Source of the DNA: Antechinus flavipes
Lineage: Eukaryota
Direction of reading: 5' to 3'
DNA length: 64,000 bases
Assembly: GCF_016432865.1 (NCBI RefSeq)
Contig: NC_067398.1
Location: 270,940,001 to 271,004,000, forward strand
Within the stretch, counting starts at the first letter, position 1, and each line of letters begins with the position of its first letter. Under the pieces are notes generated by a model. That model saw only the letters and a program-made list of their open reading frames with translations, did not search any database and was not told where the DNA came from. Shown here piece after piece: positions 1 through 14,102 of this stretch. Position numbers and translations under genes: made by a program.

Positions 1-1099
1 AGAACACCTGCTAAATTTTCAGTGTGAGCATTTACACTTCAGAAACTGGCAAATCCTAGAAAAAAAATTATTTTATTATTAAAACTGATTAAACTTAAAA
101 TTGTGTACATACACCTTTTACCCACAAGAGCCTGGTTGTTAAACCTTTTAGCCTTCTTTAAGACCCAACAAAAATCCCTTCTTTCACTAGAAGCCTTTTC
201 CAACCTCATTGAGGTTCTAGTGCCTTCTCTCCACTAATAACTTCCTATTTACCCAGTTTATAGATTGCTTTGTATATATAGTATTTGTTTACATGTTGCC
301 CCCTCTGGGAAACTTCTTGAGGGCAGGGACTCTCTCTCCTTGTAACCACAGAGCTTAATAGCCTGACTCTTAGAAGATGCTTAATAAATGATTGTTGGTT
401 GATAAAATTTTAACCAGCACATTCCTGTATTACTCTATAAATATTGTTGAAGCTCAGCAGGATCACTGTGGAAGGCTCAGTATTGAAGTCATTGCTCTGC
501 TGGAAGCCTGGTAATGCTAAGTGAATAATAATTATAATAAGTGGTATATTCTGTAAGGTTTGCAATGAGCATCCCATTCATCATTTCATTTGAGTTACAC
601 AACACTCATGTTTATATATGACTGGGTTTTTTATTGTTGTTTTTTTAGGACTTGGAAGTTTATAGCTGTGAAATTCACAAAGATCTTTTGGGGGACTATG
701 GGGTGACTATATATTGATTACATGTACTATTTGTCTTAAATGTGAAATTGGCATTTTTTCAACCCAAGATAGAGCTGGGTCATAATATGAGGAGGCCTTA
801 ATTGCAGACAGAAAAGTGAAGGAGAAGCCAGAATAGAAGCTTCAGAGTTAGAAGCCAAAACATCAGCAGAATATAGGAACTGACTGAGAAGCACAAGAAG
901 CAGACAAGCAGAGCATTGAAGAAAGAATATATAATCTTGGCTGCTTTTAAGCTGAAACCAGCTGAGCCCATGGATGCTGGGGAACTCATTTGTCTGGAAG
1001 AAAAAGTTTGCTATTTGAAAAAACTGATTATAGGAAAGGAGAATCCCCTGGAGTTTGAGTTACTGTAGCCCAGAAGGAACTCTCTAAAAAGAATATTGA

Positions 1100-1255
1100 G
1101 GGGCAGCTAGATGGTACAATGGATAGAGCATAGGCCCTGGAGTCAAGAGCACCTGAGTTCAAATCCAGTTTCATACACTTAACACTTACTAGCTGTGTGA
1201 CTGAGCAAGTTGCTTAACCTCAATTGCCTCCACCAGAAAAAAAGAAAGAAAGAAT
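1100..1255 (+). mobile_element. tRNA-derived CORE-SINE (WSINE1-like)
   Basis: gggcagctagatgg..ggatagagca head, B-box gagttcaaatcc, core, A-rich tail. Confidence 0.8.
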
Positions 1256-1272
1256 AGGGAAAAGAGTATTGG

Positions 1273-1510
1273 AGCATCAAAGTGGCTCAGTAGAAAGAAT
1301 CCTGGAGTCAGGAAGACCTGAGTTCAAATTCAGCCTCAGATATTTACAAGCTGTGTGACTCTGGTTGGGCAAGTCACTTAACCCTGTTTGCCTATTTTCT
1401 CATTTGTAAAATGAGCTAGAGAAGGAAACAGCAAAGCACTTGAATATCTTTGCTAAGAAAACCCCAAATCAAGTCACAAATGGTTGAGTATGACTGAACA
1501 ACAACAAATA
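1273..1510 (+). mobile_element. MAR1-like CORE-SINE
   Basis: tRNA head, core, RTE-type tail ttgctaagaaaaccccaa...gactgaacaacaacaa. Confidence 0.8.
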
Positions 1511-3012
1511 GGGTATTGGAACAGAATTTATTATTTAAAAAGTTGATTTTAGAAATGTTCTACCTAAACCTATTTCCTACTTCTGACTTGACTATTTTAA
1601 TCAGTGGCATGCCCATTCACTTAGAATTTTCATGTTCACAACTTTAGGATTCTAGGTCTTTCCTATCTAGTCATTCCTGTTGATACCATGTCAGGCATCT
1701 TTTATCATTTTCCCCTCTCAACCTACTCGTCTAGCACAGGTTTTCATTTCCAGTGCCTTGAACTACTGAAATGGTTTCCTGTTAGGTCTTCCTACCCAGA
1801 TTTTCTTTACATCATCCTCAAATTAAAATTCCATATGTGAAATCCTGATCATTTCACTCTCCTTATTAATCTTCAATGGCTCTCTATTTACATACTACAT
1901 ACTCCTTTGCCTAGCATTCATTGCCCTCCACAATTCTGCAACACCCAGGCTTTCTAATCTCCCTTTCAAATATAGGATTCATTAGTCAAACTGTCTTTCC
2001 AAACTGTTTTTCAAAAATGTTCCCAGACAATTGTTTACAAGTGTAATTAGTAATCTGCAACTGAACTGTTTTCCTTCTTTTTGGATTTAATCTATGTTTC
2101 AAAGTTCAATTCAAACAACTCCTTCAAGAAGTCTCTTCTTTTGCAACAGTCTCCTCTTTTTGTAACAACTTTCACTACTGGACTTTACTTTTTAAAAAAG
2201 AGAAGCCGGTAATGCTATAGTTGTGAAATGTTGCATACACTTTTACTTTGTTACAAGAGATTGTCAGGAAGTGGGAGTAATCAGTAAATATTTATAATAT
2301 TAAAACAAAACACATCAATAAAAAATAAGTAAGGGCTCTCAATTACAAGTCCAGTACTCTTTCCTCATTGTGTATTGCATCTTTCTGATGTACTTACTAT
2401 GTATTAGTACATATTATAGTTATCTGAGTATATATATCTTATGATTTATTAGATTGGAAATTCTAGGAAAAGAGGATTTACTAATATTTATGTATTCTTT
2501 AGGACCTGAAACAATGCTTTGTACATAGTAAGTACCAGATAAATGTTTATGGAACGTAACTGAATTGCTGAATAGAAAACTGGAATAAAACTTGGAAGAT
2601 ATTTGTAAAGGTGTTTTAAAACTTTCATTCCATGCCATTTTACAGCAAATGTTCTTTATTTTTAAAAAAGGTATTCAATTCCACAAGTTCTCCACTAAGA
2701 ATAAGTTAAAAGGAGTACAATAAAATAATGATATTTGAAGGACAAAAGAAAGGTCAGTATATGCCTGTGACACAACTTTTTGCATAAAGTCACTGACAGA
2801 AAAGAAAACTACTTGAAAAGTAGTCTGAATATTAGAGACTTTCTCCCTTCTCCCACAACTTATATTGGAGTTTTGGCCTGTTAGCCTCTTAAATTCAATA
2901 AGTTCAAAATAGCACTCATGATTTTTCTTCCTAAACCCATTTTTCTTCCAAATATTTCTATTATCATTAAATAAAACATCATTCTTGTCTTTCTCTTTCT
3001 CTCTCTCTCACT

Positions 3013-3159
3013 ATTTTTTTTTCTCTGCAAGAGGCAATTGGGGTTAAGTGACTTGCCCAGGATCTCACAGCTAGTGTCAAGTGTCTGAGGCTGGATTTGA
3101 ACTCAAGTGCTCTTGACTGAAGGACTACTGCTCTATCTACTTTGTTACTTAGCTGCCCC
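3013..3159 (-). mobile_element. WSINE1-like SINE
   Basis: Reverse complement of the head, core and tail. Confidence 0.78.
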
Positions 3160-5434
3160 TATCATTCTCTTTTGTACTCAGCTCTCAATTAATTAATCAA
3201 CATTTAGCTCCTACTATGCACTAAAACCTTTTTATGGTTGGAACCTTTTTGCTACTCTCAGTTCTTCACTTTCATGCACTCTCACTATATAATTAGTTGT
3301 CAAATCTTGTTTCTCTCTCCACATGTGTTGAATTTGTTCCCTTCTTTTTTCCATGTTAGTTAAGGCCCTCATCTTTGGTGTCCTTTCCCCAAGTCTTTCC
3401 CTATTGCATTATTTCTTCTATGCAATCACCCAAGTATCTGTAGGTCTGATCATGTTACCTACTACTCAACAAACTATAATGGATCCCTATTACCTCTAGG
3501 ATCAAATGTATACTCCTCTGTTTAGAATTAAAGTTTTCTGCAGCATGGGCCCTGGTTACCTTTCCAGTCAACAAAAGCATCACTTATTCCCATATTAACT
3601 AGAATTTAGACATAAATTAATTTAGTATTCCTTACATGCAATGCTCTATCTCCCACCTCTGTATCTTTGCACTCACTGTTCTCTGTGCCTGGACAATTCT
3701 TCCTCTTCACTTCTGACTCATGGGATATGTGTTTCTTTTTAAGACTTGGCTAAAGATATTGCAGTATTCTTATTAAAAAAAATGGCATCACAAAAATTGG
3801 ATATGACTGAACATATCCAACTCAACAACAAGTATTATCTTTTGCAGGAGGTCCTTCTTAGTCCCCACAGTTATTATTGTCTTCCCTTCCAAAGTTGCCT
3901 TGCATTTTGATTTATCTATGTCTGATATATACCTAGAGAGGAATACTTCCTTTCCCCTTAGTACAATGTCAGCTTCTTGAGGATAGGAATGATTTTGCTT
4001 TTACTTTTGTATTCCCAGCACTTAATAAAGCCCCTTGTACCTCACAGGTGTTTAATAAATGTTTATTGATTTTTTTTGGTCCTCTTTATATAATAAAATA
4101 ATATGATATAATTAATAAGTACTCTTGACACCTCAGATTTCGATTTATGTGAAGCAACAAAATAATGTCAAAAAACAGGAAGGCCAGAATTACAAGGATC
4201 TGAGAAAAGAAAGTTGTTTTATTTGTGAAAAGGGAAAAAAAACAACAACATTGGAATGTATGATCATTTCTTGCATAGTTTGTGAAAATGTGTTCTAAGT
4301 CTAAGGTTTGTATTAATTAACTGGAAAAAACTGGAAAAAATTAACTGTATAAGAATAAGCAGTATTGTTACTGAGTAGAATATCTATGTTTGAATGCCTC
4401 TGGAGAAAATTGGGGGGAAAGAAGCATTTATATTAAAGAAGACTTATCAGATAGCTTTTAATTGAAGATGCTCAGGTGAAAAGTCCTAAGGGACACTAGT
4501 TCTCTCATAAACTTGCCAACAATGTTCTAAAAAATACACCAGAGAGAAAATCAAAGAGAAAAACCAGTAAGTCCCATCATCCAACTATACAAGAAGATTG
4601 ACAGAAGCCTTGCTAGCTTCCCAGTGTGGGGAGGAAAACAGAATCCTGATCTGAGAATGAAAGCCAGTGAGAATCACTTACATATTAGAGCAAAAGGGGG
4701 AAGGGTAGATTCTCATAGATCATTGCACAGGGAGGCAGGACCTGGCAGTGTTTATATGTCTGGGGCTTTCCAGAAGGCTGGAAGCCAGTACTCAGGAGGC
4801 TCCCACTGGAGCCACAGCAAGAGATGGGGCCAGCACATTCCCACATTATACATATTTATGTATTAGACTTATCTTTCTATGTGTCTTAACTAAACTATAG
4901 GCTCTATGAGGAGTGGGACTTCTAATCTTTTTGTATTCCTTAAGACATAAACCATGTTTTGTACATAATAGTTAACAAGTGTTTATTGAATTTAATTGTA
5001 TTGCTGAATAGAAATCTGGGCTAAAATTAGGAAGATTATTCTATAGGTATTTTATTGTATTTATCTCATGATATTGTAAATGCCCTCCAAAAATATTTGA
5101 ATTTCCATTGGTTGGCATTTCTCTATCAAGTTCTAGCACCCATGGACACACTCTAAGAGGTCAGAAATCTGTGCTTTTGTGATAATCAATATAAGAAACA
5201 GGGCTAGAACAGCACTCCCCCTCCCCCTAGGCAGCCTCAGTATAGGGGAAACTTTACAGGCAGTGGTATTCTGGAGTCAGTTCAAACCAAGGCAGATTGT
5301 TAAATTTTCAATTGAAGAATAAAGCTTTGAAATTGGCAAACACTACAAATTAGGGCTTGATTTATTGATTTGTTGATTGTCTAGAATTAGAAATGTTTTG
5401 AAAAAAATGTTAAACTTAAAAGTGTATTATATGT

Positions 5435-5585
5435 TTCTTTTTCCTTCCTTCCTTTCTTCCTCTCTCCCTGTTTTTCCCCTCCCTCCCTCCCTCTCTCCTT
5501 CCTTCCTTCTTTCTTTCCTCCCTCCCTCCTTCAAACCTCCCTCCTTCCTTTTTTTCCTTCTCTCCCTCTCTCCTCTTCCCCCCTC
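5435..5585. repeat. CT-rich polypyrimidine low-complexity tract
   Basis: Read directly. Confidence 0.9.
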
Positions 5586-7319
5586 CAGAACAATATCCAA
5601 GAATTCTAACAGAGGGTGGGATCTAGTCTTTAATAGTTTAAAACTGCACCACAGCTTTTGGGAAACCTTGTAAAGAAAAAAACAGGCTATCTATGTTGGA
5701 CACTTAAGAACTTATATACAATCCTCATTTAAAATTCATTTTGATGGGGTAAAAATTTCATGTTTGTTGATGTGTACCAAGTTCAAAATAATAATAATAA
5801 TAATAAAGAAGACATCTAATCCATGTTAAATAAAAATGATTTGGTCTTTTCTCTTGGACTTTTTTTCAATCTAATCACCTCAAATTGCTTTTTAAATATC
5901 TTTTTCAATTGTTAAATGTGTATCTAATGAGGTTTTTTAATTCATTTAAGGATTTATTGAATCTCTATTATGTACTAGGCACTAAGGTATACAAAGGCCA
6001 AAAAAAAAAAAAAAAAAAAAAAAAAGATATAAACCCTGAAGAGATCCTGACCTCAAGTTGTTTATAATTCATTCAGGAGAACTACACAGAACACAAGTAA
6101 GTACACATACAGGGCCAACATTAACTAGGTGCCTGCCACTACTCTGTAATACTACTCACAGATAGTTGTGGAAGGAAACGCTCACTCGGATGAAAACGTA
6201 GATCTTTGGTGTCTAGTTTAAGGGATAAGTTATAGATCTCTGAAGGCCTCAGTCAACAAGAAGCCAAAAAAAAAAAAAAGTCAATTGAGAGTTTAAACTA
6301 AGAAAAAGCATTCTAAGGTATCAGAAGATCATAGGTTTAGATCTGGAAGGGACCTGAAAAGCCATTTAGTCCAATCATTTTACAGATGAGCAAACTGAAT
6401 CCTAGAGAGATCAATTAACTTGGTTGTCTATATGGAGGAAGGTACCATGCCCCAAAGAATATCTCAGCTCTATAATTCTCAGAACAAATATTAAAAGTTG
6501 TTAATTCACTTGAATCAATATTTATGATCTACTCTGTGCCAATAATTCTGTAAGATATTGTGGGGCACAGAAAGAATACTTTTTAAAGACATACTTTTTA
6601 AAAAGAGGCTAAAATATTCTCAACACAATAGAGCCCAGGAGTTAGCACAAAACTCTATTATACTGTATTTTTTTAAATCATTGTAGTAATGATGTGTTAA
6701 ATATTCCAAACTCCATGGGATTATGACTATATTTCTGGTTTATTTATGATGATGATAATCATTGACATTTATATAACAATTTGAGGTCTGCAAAATGTTC
6801 TACAGAGATTGCTTCATGGAATTCTCACATAACAACCCTGTGGAATACGAAAAGAGAGGTAATCAGTAATTTCATCATACAAGGAACTCTCCTGAGAGGA
6901 AACACCTTTTATTAAAGCAGGTTGCAGCATCTTATCTACAATAGTCTTAGAAAGAAAACTAGAAAATTGAAAGCTTTAGGGACTTGTTTGCAATCACCCA
7001 TATAGTATATATCTATTTATTCCCATACTGCTTGNNNNNNNNNNNNNNNNNNNNNNNNNNNNNNNNNNNNNNNNNNNNNNNNNNNNNNNNNNNNNNNNNN
7101 NNNNNNNNNNNNNNNNNNNNNNNNNNNNNNNNNNNNNNNNNNNNNNNNNNNNNNNNNNNNNNNNNNNNNNCACAGTAGATAGAATTCCAGCCCTGGATTC
7201 AGGAAGACTCATTTTCCTGATTTCAAATTTTTCCTTAGAATCCTTACTAGTTGGGTAAATCACTTTAACCCCTTTTTCCTCAGTTGCCTCATTGTAAAAT
7301 TATGAAGAAATTGATATCA

Positions 7320-7475
7320 GCACCATATATATGTATATGTATGTAAATATATGTATACACACATACATATATATATACATACACACACATACTCCCATAA
7401 ATATATATACATATGGGGTATATACACATGTTTATCCATATATCCACTTGCATCTACACATAAACACACACATAC
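7320..7475. repeat. Degenerate (TA/CA)n repeat
   Basis: Read directly. Confidence 0.85.
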
Positions 7476-10400
7476 ATTCCAGTGGCTCCTAATCATCTCC
7501 AGGATCAAATACAAAATTCTATGTCTGGAGTTGAAAGTCTCATAACCCAGAGCCATTCCCACCCTGCACCTTTCCACTCATCTTACATCTTCTGTTCCCC
7601 CCACATACCCTTCAAAACTGCCCTCATGGCTGTTCTATGAACAAGATATCTCTCTAGGCTCCTGGCATTTTTTCTAACTTTCTCTTAGGTCTGCAATGTT
7701 TTCCTTCCTTATTTCTGCTTTCAGGCTCCCCTGCTGAAGTTTCAACTAAAACCCTACCTTCTTCAAGAAGACTTTCCCAATTCCTCTTAATTCTAGAATC
7801 TTCCCTCAATTAATTATTTACCATTTATCATACAACTTTTTTTTTTTTTTACACATTTGTTTACTTGTTATTGCTTCCATTAGATTGTGAGCGGAGTAGG
7901 AACTGTCTTTTGCTTCTCATTGAATGAGTGACACATTTCCAAACACATATATTTTACAAGTTGCATATATAAGAAATTTGACTCTTAAAAGACAAACCTT
8001 GTCCTTGGGACAACATTAATTGGGAACAGGATTAATTCTAGCTAAAATTTTAAATTATGGGTTGGATTAAATGACTTCTAGTATGTTTTATGAATGATGT
8101 CAGTTTGGTAGTGATGATTGCTGTTACGTTTTTATGAATAAAATTCAGGCAGTGGGTTTGGGGAATATGTGGGCAAGGGTCAATGACTTATAGACTGTTT
8201 GGCCTCATCTTGACATGCACACTGTGGAGTCAGTTCCCTCAAAGCTCCTCCATTTTATAGTTTCTTTCCTCTATTTTTAAATTCATGTGTTCTCTAAATA
8301 CCCCAAGTTTGAGATTAGGGGATCAGAGGGTTAGAGCTGGAAGGGACCTTAAAGGTTTGATTTGACTTTTTCATTTTGTAGATAAGGAATTTGAGAACTA
8401 GAGGTTGTGACTTGCAAAAATTCACCCAGTAAGAGGTAGGACCAGGGTTCTAACTCAGATCCTTTGTGTCGAATTTAGCACCATCTGACTGGTGATGAGG
8501 ATTCTAAGGATGAGGTTCACAGTGAACATTTTAAGTTAGAGATAATTATAGCTATCAAACCTAGGAATAAGACATACTTGGGTAGGACTTTTTAGGTCAT
8601 TTTTGCAACTTCTCTTATACTATAGTATTCTAATTACAGAAAATCTATTAAATGAAGTTCTAGAGTATCCTGCAGATCTGTACTCTTACCATTCATGAGC
8701 CCCATTAATGGTCTGCTTCCCATTAATAATCACTCAGTAGACAAAATGAGATAGCTCTTAGACCAGTAATTTACTAAGATGGCAAAGTAAAATGACTACC
8801 TACAAAACATTCCTCCCATAAATCCAAGGCACAGTTTCTCACTAATATGCATAGTATCTGTGGAAATAGTAGGCACAAATTTGGATCACAGTGGTAGTGA
8901 GACACACATCTAAGGAACATATGTGAACAAGGCTACTCATTACTATGGCATTATGCAGGTCCAGGAAGTCTTTTCTCTCCCTAGTGAAATCCCCACAGAC
9001 CCTTTTTCAATATCTCTGCAAATCAGGTTGCTCAGCAGGGCACCAAAAGCCTACTTCTTCACCTCTGATTTGATCATTCTTATCCCAATTCTTTCCAGCT
9101 GTTGGATGGTGACATATCACCTTCTGAAAGAGTTCTGTGACTAGATGCAATGGTTACTTGTGGGAAGGAAACAGAGAAATTCCCTCTTTAGAGGCACTTC
9201 CTGGCCTGCACTCACCCAGAACTGTCAAATTCATCTAGGGCATAGCTATTTAAAGCCTTGAAAGGGAGGGCACACTTTTGGCTTACCTAATGAGATTACT
9301 CCTTTTAGCTCTGTCAAAAAAAAAGTGTTCATAGAATCTAAAGGGATCACAGTGTTAGAAATACTAATGAAACCATTAATAATTTGGTTTATTGAAAAAG
9401 TGAATTCTACTTACAAAAGAAAAATACAGAAATGGTTTTATTGGGTCTACTATAAAGTACATAAATTAAAAATGTGCTATATATTAGATTAGACATAAAA
9501 AGTCATTTGAATATTTATACCTTAGCTGGATTTTTGCTGAATTTATACTATTTTAAAATCTTAACTATAAAGGAATTTTTTTTTTTTTTTTTGGTCAGTG
9601 TTTCCTAACATGGCATCTTGGATCATCCTGTTGATGTTGGACGACCACTTTAATCTGCCTTTAACTTATTAGCAAATAAGTTACAAATAAGGAAGTGCAT
9701 ATAGATTTAAAGAAGATAATTATATTGCCTCAAATATAAAATATCATTTTCAAGCCAGTCAGCCATTTAAAAAGTACTGTCATTAAATATTATTATAAAG
9801 GACTTACTTTTGACAAGAGATATTGCTAACTATCCTCAAGGTAAGGGACCCTGGGATAAAAAGGGAGACAATATGCAAAAAAATAATATATATGTCATAT
9901 ATACATGTTACAAGGCAAATTGTATACAATCTTAGGGGGATGGCATTGGCAGTGGAAGAAGAGAGTTGGGAAGATCAGAAAAGGCCTCTTGCAGAAGTTA
10001 GAATATGTACTAAATCTAAAAGAAAGCAAAGAGAGTAGAATAGGAGTAACCTCTCCTAACCAGTAAAAATGTACAGAATTGGAAAATAAAAGTATTCAAA
10101 TATAAATATAATATAATAAGTTATAGATAAGTTATTAATATAATTATAACATAAATTGTATTCTAGTAGGCCAGTACTACTGGATTGTACAGTATGTAAA
10201 GGGGAGTAAAGTATGAGAAGCCTAGAAAGGTAGGAAGGTCACTACTGTGAAAAAATTTTAAAGCCAAACAAAGGAATTTATATTTATTTCTGGAGGAGAT
10301 AAAGAGCCATGGGAATTTACTGAATAGGACGAGAAGTGTGTGACATGATCAGGCCTGTTCCTTAGGAAGATTACTGGCAATAGAATGGAGGATGAACTAG

Positions 10401-10849
10401 AATGAGGAAAGACCTGAAAGAGGTAGACAAAGGCTGGATAAATTATTGGCTTATCCGTCACATAAAATGGGAACTAAAGTTTCCACTTTCACTGAATGGG
10501 GCACATATTTCAACTGGACCATGTTTTCGGTGATGGTTTATATATAAAAAGACAATACTTCGAGCATGTATAAGTTGAAAAAATGAGGTAGGCTAATCAT
10601 GGAGCAAGAATAAGACATTGGTGGCCCCTTCCTGAGTTATGAAAAGAACCATAGGAAAGAATTCAACCGTCTCAGATGAATTATTTTGGGGAGATTTTTT
10701 GGAAAACATAGGAATTGAATAGATTGAGAAGGTAAATATTTATGTCTATGGAAGAAGTAATCACACTAAAGTTATTATTAGTTAGATTCATAGAATATTC
10801 TTGGTCAGATATAGGTTGACCCAATTAATCTCTGAGATCACATTGATCT

Positions 10850-11050
10850 TTTTTTGTTGGTTAGTCATGCCCTATTCATAGTGAGTTTTCTTGGCAAAGA
10901 TACTAGAGTGGTTTGCCATTTTCTTCTTCAGTGGATTAAGGCAAATAGAAATTAAGAGACAACAAAAGTCACACAGCTTGTAAGTGTCGGAGGCCCCATT
11001 TGAACTCAGGTCTTTCTGGCCCAGCAGTCTAAGACATTAAACTGCCTCCT
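10850..11050 (-). mobile_element. MAR1-like SINE
   Basis: ttcttggcaaagatactagagtggtttgccatttt...tttgaactcagg. Confidence 0.72.
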
Positions 11051-11779
11051 TCCATAACATACTTGACAAGTGATCATGCAGTCTTTACTTGAAAACTCTA
11101 GTTTTCCTCTAGTGAGGAATAGAGGTGGAGATACACTCCCTTCCTAGGATTCCCTTTGCAAAGTGTCATCTTCAAAGTGTCAACATAAAGATACTGTAGT
11201 ACCTGGCATTAGTGGAAGGAATTCTGGCAGGAAGATAAGAACTAAGAGGCAGTATGTCATATAGAAAGTCAGCATGAGGAACAAAATGACCTTGAATTCC
11301 TATACTGCCTCCAATACAGTCAGGCTTGTATTTAATTTATAAGCCTGTATAAAAAACAAACAAATAAACAAAAAACTCCAGTGGCTCCCTATTATCCACC
11401 AAACGAAGCTAATTGCCTAGCATTTGAAATCTTTTGCAATTTGCTCCCACCCTAATTTACAGGTCATATCTATTATTTTTCCTATTCAAATACTCTCTGC
11501 TCTAGTTGATATATACTGTTCTCAATGACCTGGATGTATTTTTCATTCTTTCACTTCATTTCTTTTGTGTTTTTACACATCAATATTCTCTCCATCCCTA
11601 CTTTTGCCTACTGAATTCTTACCCATCCTGTAAAATCTAGCTCAAATGCCTCCTCCTCCAAAAATACCTTGTTCTGATATGCTGGTTGGTAGTAATACTC
11701 CTCCATGGACTTCAATCATACTGAAGTGTTTTGTATCTGTCCATTGTACGTATCAGTCATTTATTAAGGCTGGCTCTTT

Positions 11780-11835
11780 AATAATAATAATAATAATAAT
11801 AATATATTATATTATAATTATAATATAATAATAAA
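11780..11835. repeat. (ATA)n / (ATT)n trinucleotide repeat
   Basis: Read directly. Confidence 0.9.
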
Positions 11836-12424
11836 ACTGGCGTTTATTAAGAGCTCACTAAGTGGTATGCATAGTACTGATACATAATATGAATTATAGT
11901 TATTTGTGTTTAGGTTTGATCTGCCTAGAGGGAAGTTAAACTGAAAGAGAACAGGAAAGATGTTTGATTTACACGTGGTATCCCCACAGCACACATAGTA
12001 GAGCCCTAATAGATGTCTGTTGAATGCATGATGGTGACTGAAACATTTTTATTCATGTAGTGTTTTTTTCTTCCCTTGAAGATGAATAACTCCAAATTTC
12101 AATTACATCTTATTGAGTCTTTTACTGATTTATTTCTACAGTCTGTCAGGAAACTCTAAATTTTACTTTTAAAATGACAGCTTTTTTTTTTTTTTTTTTG
12201 TCTTTAACATACCCTATCAAGAAGCCTACAGAATTGGAGTTAGAGGAAGTCCATCTGCAGTTTCTCCAATCTTATAATCTTTAGATAATAACCTGTGTAT
12301 CATATCAAATATTCTCAAAGAAATCATTTATATGAGATTTATTAAAAATAGAATGCAAAGATAAATACTTTTGTCTCTGCCACTATAACCTCAGTGACTT
12401 GAATAGTATCTTGTCCATAACAGC

Positions 12425-12680
12425 CTCTTTGTTGTTCATTTTTCAGTCATGTCCAAATCTTTGTGACTTCATTTGGAGTGTTCTTGGTAGAGATACGAAC
12501 TGGAGCAGTTTGCCATTTCCTTATTCAGATCATTTTACATGTGAGGAAACAGAGGTAAACAGGGTTAAGTGAATTGCCTAAGGTCATATAGCTGGTCAAG
12601 GGTCTCTGGCCACATTTGAACTTGGTCTTCCTGACTCCAGGTCTGGCAGTCCTGGCACTCTATCCATTGAGTCACTCACA
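12425..12680 (-). mobile_element. MAR1-like SINE
   Basis: ttgttgttc tail, core and head, all in reverse. Confidence 0.75.
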
Positions 12681-13089
12681 TTTGGTGAATTGATTTGAGA
12701 GGTTCCAATTTTATCTTTATTTTCTTTCTTCCTTCTTATTGTCTATGCTTATCAAATATATTTTTATTTTATTTATTTATTTATTTTTAATGAGGCAACT
12801 GGGGTTAAGTGATGACTTTTTTCCTCTATCTCTCACCTTCAAGGTTCAATTCAAGTTCTTTTTTTCATGAAACTTTTCCTGATAACTCTAGTAAACATCA
12901 CATTCAATGTGAAATCTCTACATCTCTTGAAAAGCACTCATCTGAAAGTTACTCAATATTGCTTATATGTATTACACATTTATTATATTTTTCCTTATAT
13001 TGTTATTCAGAGTGAAAGGAATATTATAATCACTGAGAATCAGTCAATCTATTTAAAGTCAAGTTAAGAAGCATTTGTAAAACATTTAT

Positions 13090-13330
13090 TAGTTGATTTT
13101 TCTTTATTCTTGAAGAGGATCAAAATGACATCACTATTTTAGAGTTAAGGTCTGACTGGATGATTAGACCAATATGAGCTCAGAATGTTCTACCATAGAT
13201 TGGGCATAAATAATCCATATGGACATTTCTAAATTTGCACATCTTGAGTTTCTTTTGAACTATTTCAATTCTGCTTTGCTCTTAGAGCTCAGTGCTTTCT
13301 TTGATGAGGGAAGGCCATGTTAGGCAGTTT
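13090..13330 (-). mobile_element. RTE LINE 3' fragment
   Basis: ttcttgaagaggatcaaaatgacatcact...gaccaatatgagctcagaatg...gatgagggaaggccatg resembles the marsupial RTE 3' end in reverse. Confidence 0.6.
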
Positions 13331-13713
13331 ATTATTAAGCATTTATCACATACTAGGTACCATCCTAAGCACAGGAAATACAAATACAAGTAGAAAGAAA
13401 GGCAGTTCCAGGAATCAAGTAGCTTATTTCCCAAATGGGGAAAATAATACAAAAGAAGATGCTGAAAAATTGCGGCAGTGGAGTGAGAGATAAAGATAGG
13501 CTTGGTAAAGAAATTCTACAACCTGGGGAAAAATGAAATTTTAACTGTCATGGATCTTTTCACTGTACTCAGCTGGTAAGGGGAAGGGAGAGTGGGAAAC
13601 CTGAAGAAAGCATCTCCTTGAACACAAGTTATCTGTTAGTTTTGTTATTATTATTATTATTTTTTGCTCCCCAGCAGAACTATGGTAAAGATAGTTATTA
13701 GAGAGCTATTTTT

Positions 13714-14102
13714 TTTTATTATAGCTTTTTATTTACAAAATATATGCATGGGTAATTTTTCAGCATTGACAATTGCAAAACCTTTTGTTCCAATTTTCCC
13801 CCTCCATCCCCCCATTCCCTCCCCCAGATGGCAGGTTGACCAATATATGTTAAATATGTTAAAGTATATGTTAAATACAATATATAAATATACATGTCCA
13901 TATAGTTATTTTGCTGAACAAAAAGAATCGGACTTTGAAATAGTGCATAATTAACCCATGAAGGAAATAAAAAATGCAGGTAGACAAAAATAGAGGGATT
14001 GGGAATTCTATATAGGTGGTTCACACTCATTTCCCAGAGTTCTTTTGCTGGGTATAGCTGGTTCAATTCACTACTGCTCTATTCGAACTTATTTGATTCA
14101 TC
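13714..14102 (-). mobile_element. 5'-truncated L1 3' end
   Basis: T-tail then L1 3' UTR in reverse; 16-bp TSD with one mismatch, ttagagagctattttt / ttagagaactattttt (13698-13713 and 14103-14118). Confidence 0.85.

Noticed and set aside
650-1080. Purine-rich segment as an exon (ORF 798-989) or a defined LTR
   Set aside because: No splice or codon support; it may be a decayed LTR but has no clear termini or TSD.
1100-1200. tRNA genes at SINE heads
   Set aside because: A/B-box-like heads continue into CORE-SINE bodies; no cloverleaf or acceptor stem.
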